From Octopus vulgaris (taxonomy: Eukaryota): a DNA stretch of 64,000 nt. The stretch's first letter is position 1, and each line of letters begins with the position of its first letter. The position numbers and the translations under genes were made by a program. Under the pieces are notes generated by a model. It saw nothing but the letters and a program-made list of their open reading frames with translations. It was not told the origin of the DNA and did not search any database. Positions 13,541 to 24,487 of this stretch are shown one piece after another. The stretch covers positions 34,782,001 to 34,846,000 of the forward strand of contig OX597828.1 of the NCBI GenBank assembly GCA_951406725.2, in the 5' to 3' direction.

Positions 13541-14819
13541 TTAGGTTGTCAAGAAAGTTCTTGCGGTTTTAACCTTTAAATTCAGATGCGCATATCTCGG
13601 CTCAAACAAAACTTTATTAATTGAAATAAACACCATCAGAATCAACACACTTTTGCCAACGTGAAACAAGTTTATTTATGCCAGTAGCGTAAAAATCCTG
13701 CGTTCTGGTGGCGATGAAGTCGTTGAAGGTGTGTTTGGCATCATCTTGGTTTTTGAAGCATTTCTCATGCAGGAAGTTGTCGAGATGCTTGAAAAAGTGG
13801 TAGTCGGTAGGCGAGAGGTCTGGTGAGTATGGCGGATGAGGCAGAATATCGTAGCCCAATTCGCTCAACTTCTGCAGGGTCAGTTGCGCGACGTGCGGCC
13901 GAGCGTTGTCGTGGAGAAGAATTGGCCATTTTCTATTGACCAATGCTGGCTGTTGTTGGAGTTTCTTATGCATTTCATCCATTTGCTTACAGTACTTCTC
14001 CGCCTTAATGGTTTCGCCCGGATCCATAAAGCTGTGATGGATGAGACCGGCCGCAGACCACCAAATAGTCACCATGACCTTCTTTTAGTGCAACTTTGGC
14101 TTCGGGAAGCGCCGTGGAGGTTCGTCAGCGTCCAACCACTGAGCTGAGCGTCGCCGGTTGTCCTAAAGAATCCACTTTTCATCGCAAGTCACAATCCGGT
14201 TGAAAAACGGGCCGTTCTTGTTGTGTAAAAGAAGGGAAGACGACACTGCAAAACGGCGTTTTTTTTTTAGTTTTTTATTTTTGGTTGTCGTTCAATTCGT
14301 GCGGCACCCATTTCTCAAGTACTTTTGTTTTTCCTACCTCTTTCAAGTGGTTGGAAATTGTCATATACATTACGTCTAATTCAGAAGCAAGCTCTCGAAC
14401 AGTTGTGCGTGGATTGGCTTCAACTAAGGCTCTTAGTTGATCGTTGTCAACATCTGATGGCCAACCACTACGCTTATCATCTTCAAGACTCTCGTCAACG
14501 CTACGAAATTCCTTGAACCACCATTGTGCTATACATTCATTAGTGGTTCCTGGGCCAAACGCATCATTGATATTGCGAGCTGTTTCAGCAGCTTGAACTG
14601 GAATAAGAAAATTGTGCGAATTTGCTTCTTGTCCATGTTGTATTCAACGTTTCGGAAAAAGTGGCCTGATTATTCAAAACGAAAAACACGATTAGAAAGA
14701 GCGAGAAACGGGCTTTAAAATGATATATAAAGTCAAAGTAATTTAATTAAAATTAATTTGGAAATACATCATTTAAAACCAAAATTTAAAATTCCGCAAG
14801 AACTTTCTTGACAACCTAA
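13541..14819 (-). mobile_element. Full-length mariner DNA transposon (cecropia subfamily, Hsmar1-like)
   Basis: Perfect 26-bp TIRs TTAGGTTGTCAAGAAAGTTCTTGCGG (13541-13566 and 14794-14819), TA dinucleotides on both flanks, length 1279 bp, internal transposase. Confidence 0.97.
13617..14636 (-). pseudogene. Mariner DD34D transposase pseudogene
   Basis: Translates as MDKKQIRTIFLFQFK, then a frameshifting deletion, ...WVPHEL, a stop with an A-rich insertion, RIVTCDEKWIL*DN...PKPKLH*KKVMVTIWW...LHDNARPH...HPPYSPDLSPTDYHFF. There are 34 residues between the second and third catalytic Asp. Confidence 0.95.
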
Positions 14820-14840
14820 TACATACATATACATATGCGC

Positions 14841-14871
<31 letters not shown>

Positions 14872-15272
14872 TATGTGCTTAAAAACGACTGAAGAACTCA
14901 ATACTAATGCACAGGTAAATATTTGTCATAATTTTGACAATGACTTCGAAGAATCTCCGAAAATGTGACTTAATTGAAATTGTGACAGCTTGAAAAACCT
15001 ATTAGCTGACGAAACTTCGAAGTCCCTGCCAGAATAATTGCAGTGTGTGTGTGTTTGACAGAGAGAGAGGGAGAGAGAGGAGTAGAAAGAAAGAATGAAA
15101 GAAAAAAGAAAGAAAGGAAGAAAGAAAGAAAGAGTGCGATTTACTGGAAGATTCATATTTTCTGTAAGCTTTTTGACTACGTTTATGAAGAATTAGTAGT
15201 GTCAAATGCTTCAAGTCAAAAGTAAGGGAGAGAGACAGGAAGTCACGGTTTATCACTTGTTAGTTCCTTTAA

Positions 15273-15478
15273 ACCTTTAGTATTCAGGTTACTCTGTCAA
15301 ATGTATTGCTTATCTATTCGCATTCTTTGGAATTAATCATGCATTATCTTGTAGCTTGCGATTGTTTTGTCTTTAGAACGCTATTGTATTGTAGGTGTGA
15401 AAGTCTGAATCTGGCCAGTTCGAACATAATACAAGTAGAATATTCGAGCCGGATGTTGTTGGTTTAAATGCTAAAGGT
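15273..15478. mobile_element. TTAA-flanked MITE (piggyBac-like)
   Basis: TTAA at 15269-15272 and 15479-15482. Imperfect 14-bp TIRs ACCTTTAGTATTCA / TAAATGCTAAAGGT. Confidence 0.7.
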
Positions 15479-15746
15479 TTAATGTCATATTCTTCTACGA
15501 TGGGCGAAGAACTGTACTTGGTCTCTCAGTCTGCTAGTGATAGCAGCCGGTTCTACCTCAAATCTCATAGTTTTTCAAAAATGGCCACATATGTTGATGC
15601 GATCCGGTGTTTCCAACGTCTTGGGAGAAAATGACTTGGGCTAAAATACCAATCGATCAGTGTCGACGTGAGGCGGGTGGGGGCGTTTAAAAACGTTAAC
15701 TATTGAGTACTTCCAGAATAATTTATGTATACCTATGTGTGTGAAA

Positions 15747-16030
15747 GCGCATGGCTCAGTGGGTAGAGCGTCGGGTTCACAATGAGGTAGTGAGTACGAT
15801 TCCCGGACCGGGTTGTGTATCTGTAGAAATGAGTTGTGATGTCACTGGTGCCAAGCTGTATCGGCCCCTTTGCATTTCCCTTGAACAACATCGGTGGCGT
15901 GGAGAGGGGAAGCTGGTATTCATGGATGACTGCTGGTCTTCCATAAACAACCTTGCCCGGACTTGTCTAGGAGAGGAACTTTCTAGGTGCAATACCATGG
16001 TCATTCATGACCGAACAGGGTCTTTACCCT
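15747..16030 (+). mobile_element. tRNA-derived SINE (family C-like head, different tail)
   Basis: A box TGGCTCAGTGG and B-box-like GAGTACGATTCCC. The tail is unrelated to that of 4990-5290. Confidence 0.65.
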
Positions 16031-16108
16031 CTATGAGTATACGAGTAGAAGTAAAACTGTTAGGTTATTTACATTTGACAGATATTTGTCCTCACCTTGT
16101 TTGTTGTT

Positions 16109-16151
16109 AACACAACGTTTCGGCTATACCCTCCAGCCTTCATCAGGTGTC
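16109..16151 (-). ncRNA. Minimal type-I hammerhead ribozyme motif, canonical core
   Basis: Minus strand reads GACAC CUGAUGA A GGCU GGAGGGUAU AGCC GAAA CG UU GUGUU: stem I GACAC/GUGUU, stem II GGCU/AGCC, palindromic ACGU stem III. Confidence 0.8.
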
Positions 16152-16198
16152 TTGGGGAAATTTCGAACCTAGGTTCTCATTCCTAAGGTATTTTTTGA

Positions 16199-16260
<62 letters not shown>

Positions 16261-16270
16261 CAAGCAGTGA

Positions 16271-16345
<75 letters not shown>

Positions 16346-16394
16346 CATTGAAAAATACCTTAGGAATGAGAACCCAGGTTCGAAATTTCCCCAA

Positions 16395-16440
16395 GACACC
16401 TGATGAAGGCTTGACGGTATATCAGCCAAAACGTTGTGTT
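16395..16440 (+). ncRNA. Hammerhead motif, probably inactivated (G12A)
   Basis: GACAC CUGAUGA A GGCU UGACGGUAUAUC AGCC AAAA CG UU GUGUU, with GAAA mutated to AAAA. Confidence 0.65.
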
Positions 16441-16699
16441 AACCACAAACAGAATGCGGACACATATCCGTCAAATGTAAATAATGTACATAATTCCTCA
16501 TTTCTTAAATATAGAACTGTAAAACTGTTAGGTTGCGTGTCCGGAAACACAAAGTAACGCCAGGATCTGAGCTGATTTGAACACACGGTACATAGGCTGG
16601 CAGTCCAGTTCTTAATCCACCTGACCAGTCGAAGATTTAAAACACACACACACACATACGCAACAACACAACTCTACTTGCGTCTGTGATTTCAGATTT

Positions 16700-17257
16700 T
16701 GGCAGAAAGCTTTCAGTTTTGAGGGGAGGGGGAAGTCGTATTTCATCGCAAACTAACCCCCACCTCTCACAGCTCAATCGGCTCTTATATTTTCCGACCC
16801 CGAAAGGACGTAAGGCAAAGTCGACCTCAGCAGCAACATTCGAACACAGAACGACAAAATGACGGAAGAAATGCTCAGTAAGCATATCGTCCGGCACCGT
16901 AACGATTCTCACATCTCGCTGCCTTACGTTACAAATTAATATTTATTTCTTTATTTGCCCACAGAGGGCTAAACATAGAGGGGACAAACAAAAACAAAAG
17001 GGATGAAGTCGATTACATCGACCCCATTGCGTAACTGGTATTTATTTAATCGACCCCGAAAGGATGAAAGGCAAAGTCGACCTCGGCGGAATTTGAACTC
17101 AGAACGTAGCGGCAGACGAAATACCGCTAAGCATTTCGCTCGGCATGCTAACGATTCTGCCACAGAACGTCAAAAAGTCGGAAGAAATGCTCAGTAAGCA
17201 TTTTGTCCGGCACCGTAACGGCCCCCACATCTCGCTGCCTTACGTTACAAACTAATA
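16700..17257 (-). mobile_element. Nested family B SINE copies
   Basis: Older copy at about 16700-16925, younger copy at 16942-17160 (GACCCCGAAAGGATGAAAGGCAAAGTCGACCTCGGCGGAATTTGAACTC), and a duplicated head at 17161-17257. Confidence 0.75.
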
Positions 17258-17319
17258 ACGTTCCTATATCGACTTACCTACACCCAATACCACCACCACC
17301 ACCACCACCACCACCGCCG

Positions 17320-17373
<54 letters not shown>

Positions 17374-17507
17374 TTTCTGTTCTATTTCCCTACATCCTTA
17401 TTATACATATTACAAGAGCTACTTACTAACACTACTTCTATAAAAACCTAACACACTGCATACATTTTTGTAGATAGTAGACAGTAACGATACTATTACA
17501 CCTACCT

Positions 17508-17575
<68 letters not shown>

Positions 17576-17813
17576 GCGATTTTACGAAGAACTGGTTTCC
17601 ATAGTCGTCTACTACTAATCTCTCTCTCTATATATAAATATAACAATATTTGTATATTAAAGCGAGTATTTTCTATTTTTCCATTCATTAGCAACCTCTT
17701 CATCTCTTATACTCTTGCTGCTCCTCACGTCTATTCCACTTTCTGTTTACCTCTCAGGCTTTCATACACACGCACTCACATTGACATTCTCTCGCCTTCT
17801 TCTTAGATGCCCT

Positions 17814-17884
<71 letters not shown>

Positions 17885-17933
17885 GTCTGTCTGTCTCTGT
17901 CGCCCACTATCTATCTGTCTATCTATCTGTTGG

Positions 17934-18000
<67 letters not shown>

Positions 18001-18126
18001 GCCTGTCTGTCTGTCTGCCTGTCTGTCTGTCTAATCTGTCTGTCTGTCTGTCTATCTGTCTGACATTCATGGATTCATGCTCTTCCTTCACTTACTCTCA
18101 TTCTCTGCCTTCCTCTATCTCCTCTC

Positions 18127-18192
<66 letters not shown>

Positions 18193-19104
18193 TTCTCCCG
18201 CGCCCGTACACGCACTATGTCACCATATTACACATACTCTTTTTCTAGCCGTCTCTCTCTCTATCTCCCCACTCACGTCTCCACACTCTCTCCCCTTCAC
18301 TCTCTCCGTTTCTCTCTCTCTTTCTCTCTCTCTTCCTATCTCTCTCAATCACTGTCTCACTATAGACAGACAGACAGACATATCACTATATCTGTCTATT
18401 TGTCTATCTGTGTGTGTGGGGGGGGTGGCTGTGTGTGTGTGTGTCTGTAGCTCATTCATAAGTTACTTCCTCATATTACATTTTCACATTTATTTCAACT
18501 CACACATGATGCACGCATTCTCTCAATTGCTCACCTAACACACACACACACACACACACAAATACACACACACATACGCACACACACACACACATACGCA
18601 CACACACACACTCTCTCTCTCTCCTTTCATTTTCAGATTTTATCTCTTTCCTCTCTCTCTCTCTTTCTCTTTCTCTCTGTTTTCACTATATATATATTTT
18701 TTAAAATTACACTCTATGCCTATCTTTCCTCTCTCTCACTCCTCTAACCGTCTCTATTTTCCTCTTTTCCCCCCTCTATACCTCTACCTACCTCTCTCTT
18801 CCTTCGTCAACCGCCTCTGCTCCATTTTCATCTCCTTTCGTTCTTTCCTTTCTTTCCTTCATTCTCTTTTACTTTATTTATTTCCTTATTTTCACATTTG
18901 CTCCTCTCGCAACTCTTCGTCTGTCGATGGCTTCCTTTTGACTGACGACTCACAACAATACACTCTCTAGCATTCCAGTCACATTAACACATACCGATAC
19001 ATTCACAGACCATACACAAATTTGTCTATACATACATACATAACATACATACATATATACATACATACATATTTATATACACACACACACGCATACACAC
19101 ACAC

Positions 19105-19137
<33 letters not shown>

Positions 19138-20399
19138 TGTATGTATGTATAAAGACTATTCAATCTTTGTATATATATATATATATATATATAATTTGTT
19201 ATGATTCCTTGCTGAGAACAAAGAAGGCCATCAACTACATAAAGAACTCAATGCAATTTCGTAAATTGTTGACTGGAACAGGTGTACATTTGATTCACTA
19301 AGTTGCATGTATGTATGTATGCATGTATGTATGTATACATATATGTATGTATGTATACATATATGTATGTATGTATGTATGTACGTATGTATGTATGTAC
19401 GTATGTATGTATTATGTATGTATTATGTATGTATGTATGTACGTATATATATATGTATGTATGTATGTGTGTGTGTATGTATGTATGTGTGTGTGTGTAT
19501 GTATGTATGTACGTATGTATGCATGTACGTGTGTTTGTGTATATGTATGCATGTGTGGGTGTATGTATGTATGTATGTAAAATGTCTAAGTTTTTAAGCA
19601 ACAACAATGCAAGTTTTTGTGCCGTACCCCCAGAGTGCCATACTTCCGAAGATTTCCTGAAGAAGGGCTCCTAAACTCGCAATATTAAAATGCCAGCAAA
19701 AAGTATAAACCCTCGACTTTTATCACTTCTCTTTACACGCATTGTTTGGGCATGCGTGTGCGTGTGCGAACGGGCGTGTGTGTGTGCTGACAACCGGTGT
19801 GTACAACCGCTTGATAACCGGTGTTTGTTTGTTTACGTCTTCATAAATTAGCGGTTTGGCAAAAGAGTACCGATAGAGTATGTACTCAGCCTTTTGAAAA
19901 ATGAAATACTGGTGGCGGAGGTGGGGGGGGCGGTGCGATCCGTTTGGCTAGACTTCTCAAAGCGGTGCCCCAGCATGGCCGCAATTCAGTGACTTAAACA
20001 AGTAAAAGAGGAAAGATATAAGGAACCAATGCTGACGCTATGCTTAATCATATCCGTACAGACGTGTTGGCATGTGTTGAATACGCACTGTCATTGAACA
20101 GACACCGACACATCTGTACAGATATAGAAAGCCATACATACACGGGCATAGACAGACGTACGAAACGGAGAAATGTATATTAATGTGCACACGCATACAT
20201 TAATTATATATTCGAGAATGCATCAGCTTTCGCCAATAACAAACTACCAACTGTTGAATTAGTCTATCCACTAATCAGTGAATAGTATACAATCTTGAAT
20301 GTATTATATTGACATCTATTATATATCATATACTCACAGTAAACCAATATACTATAAACACTAAAACAGCAAATTTAAACCACCTACATATACGTATGT

Positions 20400-20539
20400 C
20401 ATTGTTGAGTTTTATTTCAAGATTTCTTGCTAATAGAGAAAGAACCGGTTTCTAACCTAGATTCAAGGTTCCTTCATCGGAATTTCAACATCAGCAACAG
20501 GGTATTTTTGTTTTTTTTGTATGTATATATGTATGTATT

Positions 20540-20573
<34 letters not shown>

Positions 20574-20940
20574 TGTATGTATGTATGTATGTATGTATGT
20601 ATGTATGTATATATGTCAATGGAGAAAGAGCCGGTTTCTAACCTAGATCCGAGGCTCCTTCACTAGAATTTCAACATGAGCAACAGGGTATTTTTGTTTG
20701 TATGCATGCATCCATGTATGCATGTATGTATGTATGTATGTATGTATGTATGTATGTATGTATGTATGTATGTATGTCTATGTACAGATTTGTATATTTT
20801 GTTTCATGTGTGTATTCTCATGCTTGTCTAGTTGCATATCTAGACATGCTCATATATATTTAAATGATAAACTTCTGGAAAGTTTTACAGATTTTTACAG
20901 TTCCAGTGATGGATAGGATCTGTAGTCTTTGAATTGGCTA
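20400..20940 (-). mobile_element. RLE-type LINE 3' end with a duplicated terminal segment
   Basis: Minus strand encodes IQRLQILSITGTVKICKTF. The 3' UTR contains (CATA)n and two copies of an ~85-bp segment (20425-20510 and 20617-20700). Confidence 0.7.
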
Positions 20941-20954
20941 CGTATGTATGTATG

Positions 20955-21380
20955 ATTATTTTCCTTTGTGTTTTATTTAAGTTCCTCTTAAGAGTGTTCG
21001 AGCTGCTTGCTAACAAAGCGACAAGACTTCTTGTTGTAGATATGTGGTTGAATTGGTGCGTCGGTTGAACTATCAATGCACATATCCAAAAACGTGCATC
21101 TCTTCACCTAAAGGATCCCAGATGGGAAATCTTTGCAATGTTTTACAAATCTCCACTGTGCCACTAATAAATTGGACTTGGAGAATCTGCGTCGGCTTCT
21201 TTTGCTTTGTATTCGAAAAGCCTAGTATTTCTGAGTGTTTTTTTAGTAAATTTGTTTGTACATAGCCTAATGCACCTACGATGATGAGCACAAATCAGAG
21301 TTTATAACCAAGGTGCAAGGGTATTAATTCGCCATAAATATTCTCTTTTTTCCTCGACTTTTCATTGTATATTCACAGCC
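20955..21380 (-). mobile_element. RLE-type LINE 3' end flanked by (CATA)n
   Basis: Encodes KVEEK/ENIYGELI...IIVGALGYV...ILGFS...LQVQFISGTVEICKTLQRF, the typical C-terminus of R2/R4/NeSL-group elements. CATA repeats on both sides. Confidence 0.8.
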
Positions 21381-21465
21381 GTATGTATGTATGTATGTAT
21401 GTATGTATGTATGTATGTATGTATGTATGTATGTATGTATGTATGTATGTATGTATGTATGTATG

Positions 21466-21496
<31 letters not shown>

Positions 21497-21959
21497 TATA
21501 TTTGTGCGCGCCTGTCCTTGTGTGTGTGTGTGTGTGTGTGTGTGATGTTTGATATGTACCATTTTTTTCTGTATCGTATTTTGTGATTCCATTAAGTAAT
21601 CATTATTTCCTTTGATAGGAAATCGGCAAAATAAATATTTCAAAATATTTCATCAAAGTAGAAATTCTCCGGTTAGCGAAGCCAGTGTGTTAGCTCTCTG
21701 TCTATTGTAGTCATTATTCTGTCGTCCGCATTCAACTTCATCATTTGGCGCTTCGGGCTACTTTACAAGTGTGCACTCTGTTTGCAACATTCGCATCAGA
21801 CCAGATTTCTTTTTTGTTTATTTGTTGGGGTTTTTTTGTTGTTGTATTAGGTTACATTCAGAAATGTTATGCTCACAACCCTTCCTTTCTAGGGACTAAT
21901 TAAATAAAAAGGAATAGATTACCATCTCTGCTGAGGAAAATCTCAGGTTGCACAAGGGT

Positions 21960-22470
21960 CTCTGATGCTGCCAATATCTGAGCAGGTCTTCAGGTCTCTG
22001 GTATTCAGATCTCTGATCCTCCCTGTTTTGCTGTTGCCAGATTTAGACCCTGCTTGGAGTCCTTTAGGGGCCGCCTGAAACCCTTTGGTACCAAGACGTT
22101 TCGCAGGATTATGGGTTACCATTGGTCGGATTTTGTATCCAACCAACGACTCTGCTCACAGACTGGGATGCATCTTGTTGCTTGTATGACTCGGGAGCGT
22201 TAGCTCAGACTGGTTGGTCATATTGCTCGATTTTTCCGAGTTGGATCCTGCGCATCGTGTTCTCTTCTCTGAGGATTCGGCTGGGTTGGCTAGTGTTGGT
22301 CGACCACGTGTCACATGATCACAACGGACGAGGAAGTATTTCACAGAAATGGAATCTGACTGGGATACCGCTTGAAGGATTGCCTCGTGATGACCCGATT
22401 AAAGGCAGACAAATGGTAGCTGCAACGACGCGCTGCCACGGCGCATGCCTCATGCGTGAACTGACCTGAT
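21960..22470 (+). mobile_element. RTE-type LINE 3' end (RT C-terminus)
   Basis: QVFRSL/ILPVLL...FGTKTFRRIMGYHWSDFVSNQRL...LRLVGHIARF...LDPAHRVL...GRPRVT, with frameshifts and stops. Ends in CTGACCTGA. Confidence 0.85.
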
Positions 22471-22479
22471 CTTACTTCC

Positions 22480-22670
22480 TCCAAAGTATCCCTATACCAG
22501 GTAAACCTATGAATATATCTGTGATGGAAGAATGTATTGCTAATATAGAGGCCTCTCCATTTGCATTGAGTTCAGGGTCACCATTTCTCCTAATCACTCC
22601 GTTCTACGTCGGTAATCGGTAGCAACATGTGCATTGAAGTCTCCTTGTAGGACAAATGACATGGATGGAT
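22480..22670 (-). mobile_element. LINE apurinic-type endonuclease fragment (RTE-like)
   Basis: Minus strand gives VLQGDFNAHV / GVIRRNGDPELNANGE / YISNTFFHHRYIHRFTWYRD, containing the GDFNAH, NTFF and H..TW motifs of LINE APE domains. Confidence 0.85.
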
Positions 22671-23418
22671 TACTTCTTCTCTGTCGAAGGCGTCTATATC
22701 TCATCTGCTTATGACGTCAGAAGTCAGACGTAAATATTAATTTCTCATATTAACCATTGTTATTTATTGAGCTAACGAGGAAACATATTTAAGCCCTTTT
22801 GCTCTGGATGGAGCAAAGGCTATCAACACCATTTTATGACTGTTGTCGATTCTTGGTTGTCTTCCCTGACGGAAGGCCTTCCTCTCTCAGGTTGCCTTGG
22901 TTCTGAATTGTCATCGATGCATCTGTAATTTTCTTTTACCTTAAGTTGGCTCTACGCAGGGCTCATTTTTTTTTACCTCTGGGAAGGGATGGTCCATATT
23001 CGTCTGGACTCTATCCTTTGTCGTGTCCACCATAGGAGGTCCTAGTGGCTGCTTGCGCTTTTCTAGTATAACTCTCAAAGTCAATGAGGTACACAATTTA
23101 CTTTGCAGGATATTCATATATAGATTTTCAAGCAAAATACATTTGCTGATTTCGAAAATCTGTTCGAAAGCAATAATAATTCTCTAAAAGAGATATAGAC
23201 AGTAACTGCTCGATAACATAAGGGACTAAAGCCATCTGAATATGGCTAGGGACAGGGCAGGGTGGTGGGGGTGTTACTGTTGCATTTAGCCCCAGGCGAA
23301 CATCGACGTCACCAGAAAGGCTCGACACCGTCACGGTGTCCTTATCCTGCAAAGGGAGGTAATTCCCCGATGAAGCGGAAACTACACACGGAGAATTCGT
23401 CGAGGAAGCGGAGGCCTA

Positions 23419-23468
23419 CCACACGCCGATGATAGGCAATACACCTTGAAACCATGGTCCGTGTGTGG
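23419..23468 (+). ncRNA. Type-I hammerhead ribozyme motif, copy 1 (U4C variant)
   Basis: CACACG CCGAUGA U AGG CAAUACA CCU U GAAA CCAUGG UC|CGUGUG: 6-bp stem I extended by a further 12-bp helix, 3-bp stem II, palindromic ACCAUGGU stem III, predicted cut at 23459/23460. Confidence 0.75.
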
Positions 23469-23778
23469 TTTCCGCTTCATCGGGGAATTACCTCCCTTTG
23501 CAGGATAAGGACACCGTGACGGTGTCGAGCCTTTCTGGTGACGTCGATGTTCGCCTGGGGCTAAATGCAACAGTAACACCCCCACCACCCTGCCCTGTCC
23601 CTAGCCATATTCAGATGGCTTTAGTCCCTTATGTTATCGAGCAGTTACTGTCTATATCTCTTTTAGAGAATTATTATTGCTTTCGAACAGATTTTCGAAA
23701 TCAGCAAATGTATTTTGCTTGAAAATCTATATATGAATATCCTGCAGAGTGAGAATTCGTCGAGGAAGCGGAAGCCTA

Positions 23779-23828
23779 CCACACGCCGACGATAGGCAAT
23801 ACACCTTGAAACCATGGTCCGTGTGTGG
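23779..23828 (+). ncRNA. Type-I hammerhead ribozyme motif, copy 2 (U4C variant)
   Basis: Same fold with core CCGACGA. Predicted cut at 23819/23820, 360 nt downstream of copy 1. Confidence 0.75.
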
Positions 23829-24212
23829 TTTCCGCTTCATCGGGGAATTACCTCCCTTTGCAGGATAAGGACACCGTGACGGTGTCGAGCCTTTCTGGTG
23901 ACGTCGATGTTCGCCTGGGGCTAAATGCAACAGTAACACCCCCACCACCCTGCCCTGTCCCTAGCCATATTCAGATGGCTTTAGTCCCTTATGTTATATA
24001 TATATATATATATGTACACACACACACACACACACGACGGGGCTTCCGCATAATTTATGTTTACCAAATTCACTTACAAGGCATTGTCGGCTCGAGTCTA
24101 TACCAGAAGACATTTGCCCGATGTCTCGTGTAGTGGCATTGAACCCAAAACTAAGGGGCTGTTGACCACACAACCAGGCATTTATTTATTTATTTATTTA
24201 TTTATTTATTTG

Positions 24213-24442
24213 CATTAATCTCTCGACTATCGAGAGATGTGCTACGTTCCAAAAACCCCACCCCCGCGATAGGTGAAAATCTGCGAAGTAGAAACAGAAC
24301 TGTACTGCATATTTTTAAAATTATTTTAATAATTCATATATATTTATTTTATTATAAATGCAAAACAACACCACGGAGGAATCGACGTAAGCTTAAATAA
24401 TAAACCGCGATAAGTGAACCGCGATATGGCGAGGGATTACTA
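24213..24442. mobile_element. Tigger/pogo-like MITE inside (TTTA)n
   Basis: Imperfect TIRs CATTAATCTCTCGACTATCG and CGATATGGCGAGGGATTACTA, internal CCGCGATA(G/A)GTGAA repeats, (TTTA)n on both flanks. Confidence 0.65.
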
Positions 24443-24445
24443 TAT

Positions 24446-24484
<39 letters not shown>

Positions 24485-24487
24485 TTA

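Larger units (their letters stand above)
16067..16518. mobile_element. Inverted pair of Penelope-like pseudo-LTR fragments with a 16-bp TSD
   Basis: Direct repeat GTAAAACTGTTAGGTT at 16051-16066 and 16519-16534. Arms of about 16065-16259 and 16275-16484 are reverse complements, each with (AAT)n and an HHR motif. Confidence 0.8.
23100..23997. mobile_element. Retrozyme / Penelope-pLTR-like element: inverted 291-bp arm plus 1.7 tandem copies of a 360-bp HHR-bearing unit
   Basis: 23100-23390 is the reverse complement of 23460-23750 (2 mismatches seen). 23391-23637 is repeated directly at 23751-23997 (2 mismatches seen). Ends in (TA)n. Confidence 0.8.

Noticed and set aside
20425-20700. CCGATGA...GAAACCGGTT on the minus strand, two copies
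   Set aside because: Stem I does not pair and the second copy lacks the core. It is better explained as the 3'-UTR stem-loop of the RLE LINE.
23615-23644. Peptide MALVPYVIEQ, resembling the N-terminus of bacterial ClpP
   Set aside because: Only 10 residues match, no ClpP continuation (ERxxDIYSRLL) follows, and it lies inside a non-coding repeat unit. Treated as coincidence.
23391-23997. CRISPR-like or other prokaryotic array interpretation of the repeats
   Set aside because: Eukaryotic context and no short repeat-spacer periodicity anywhere in the window.
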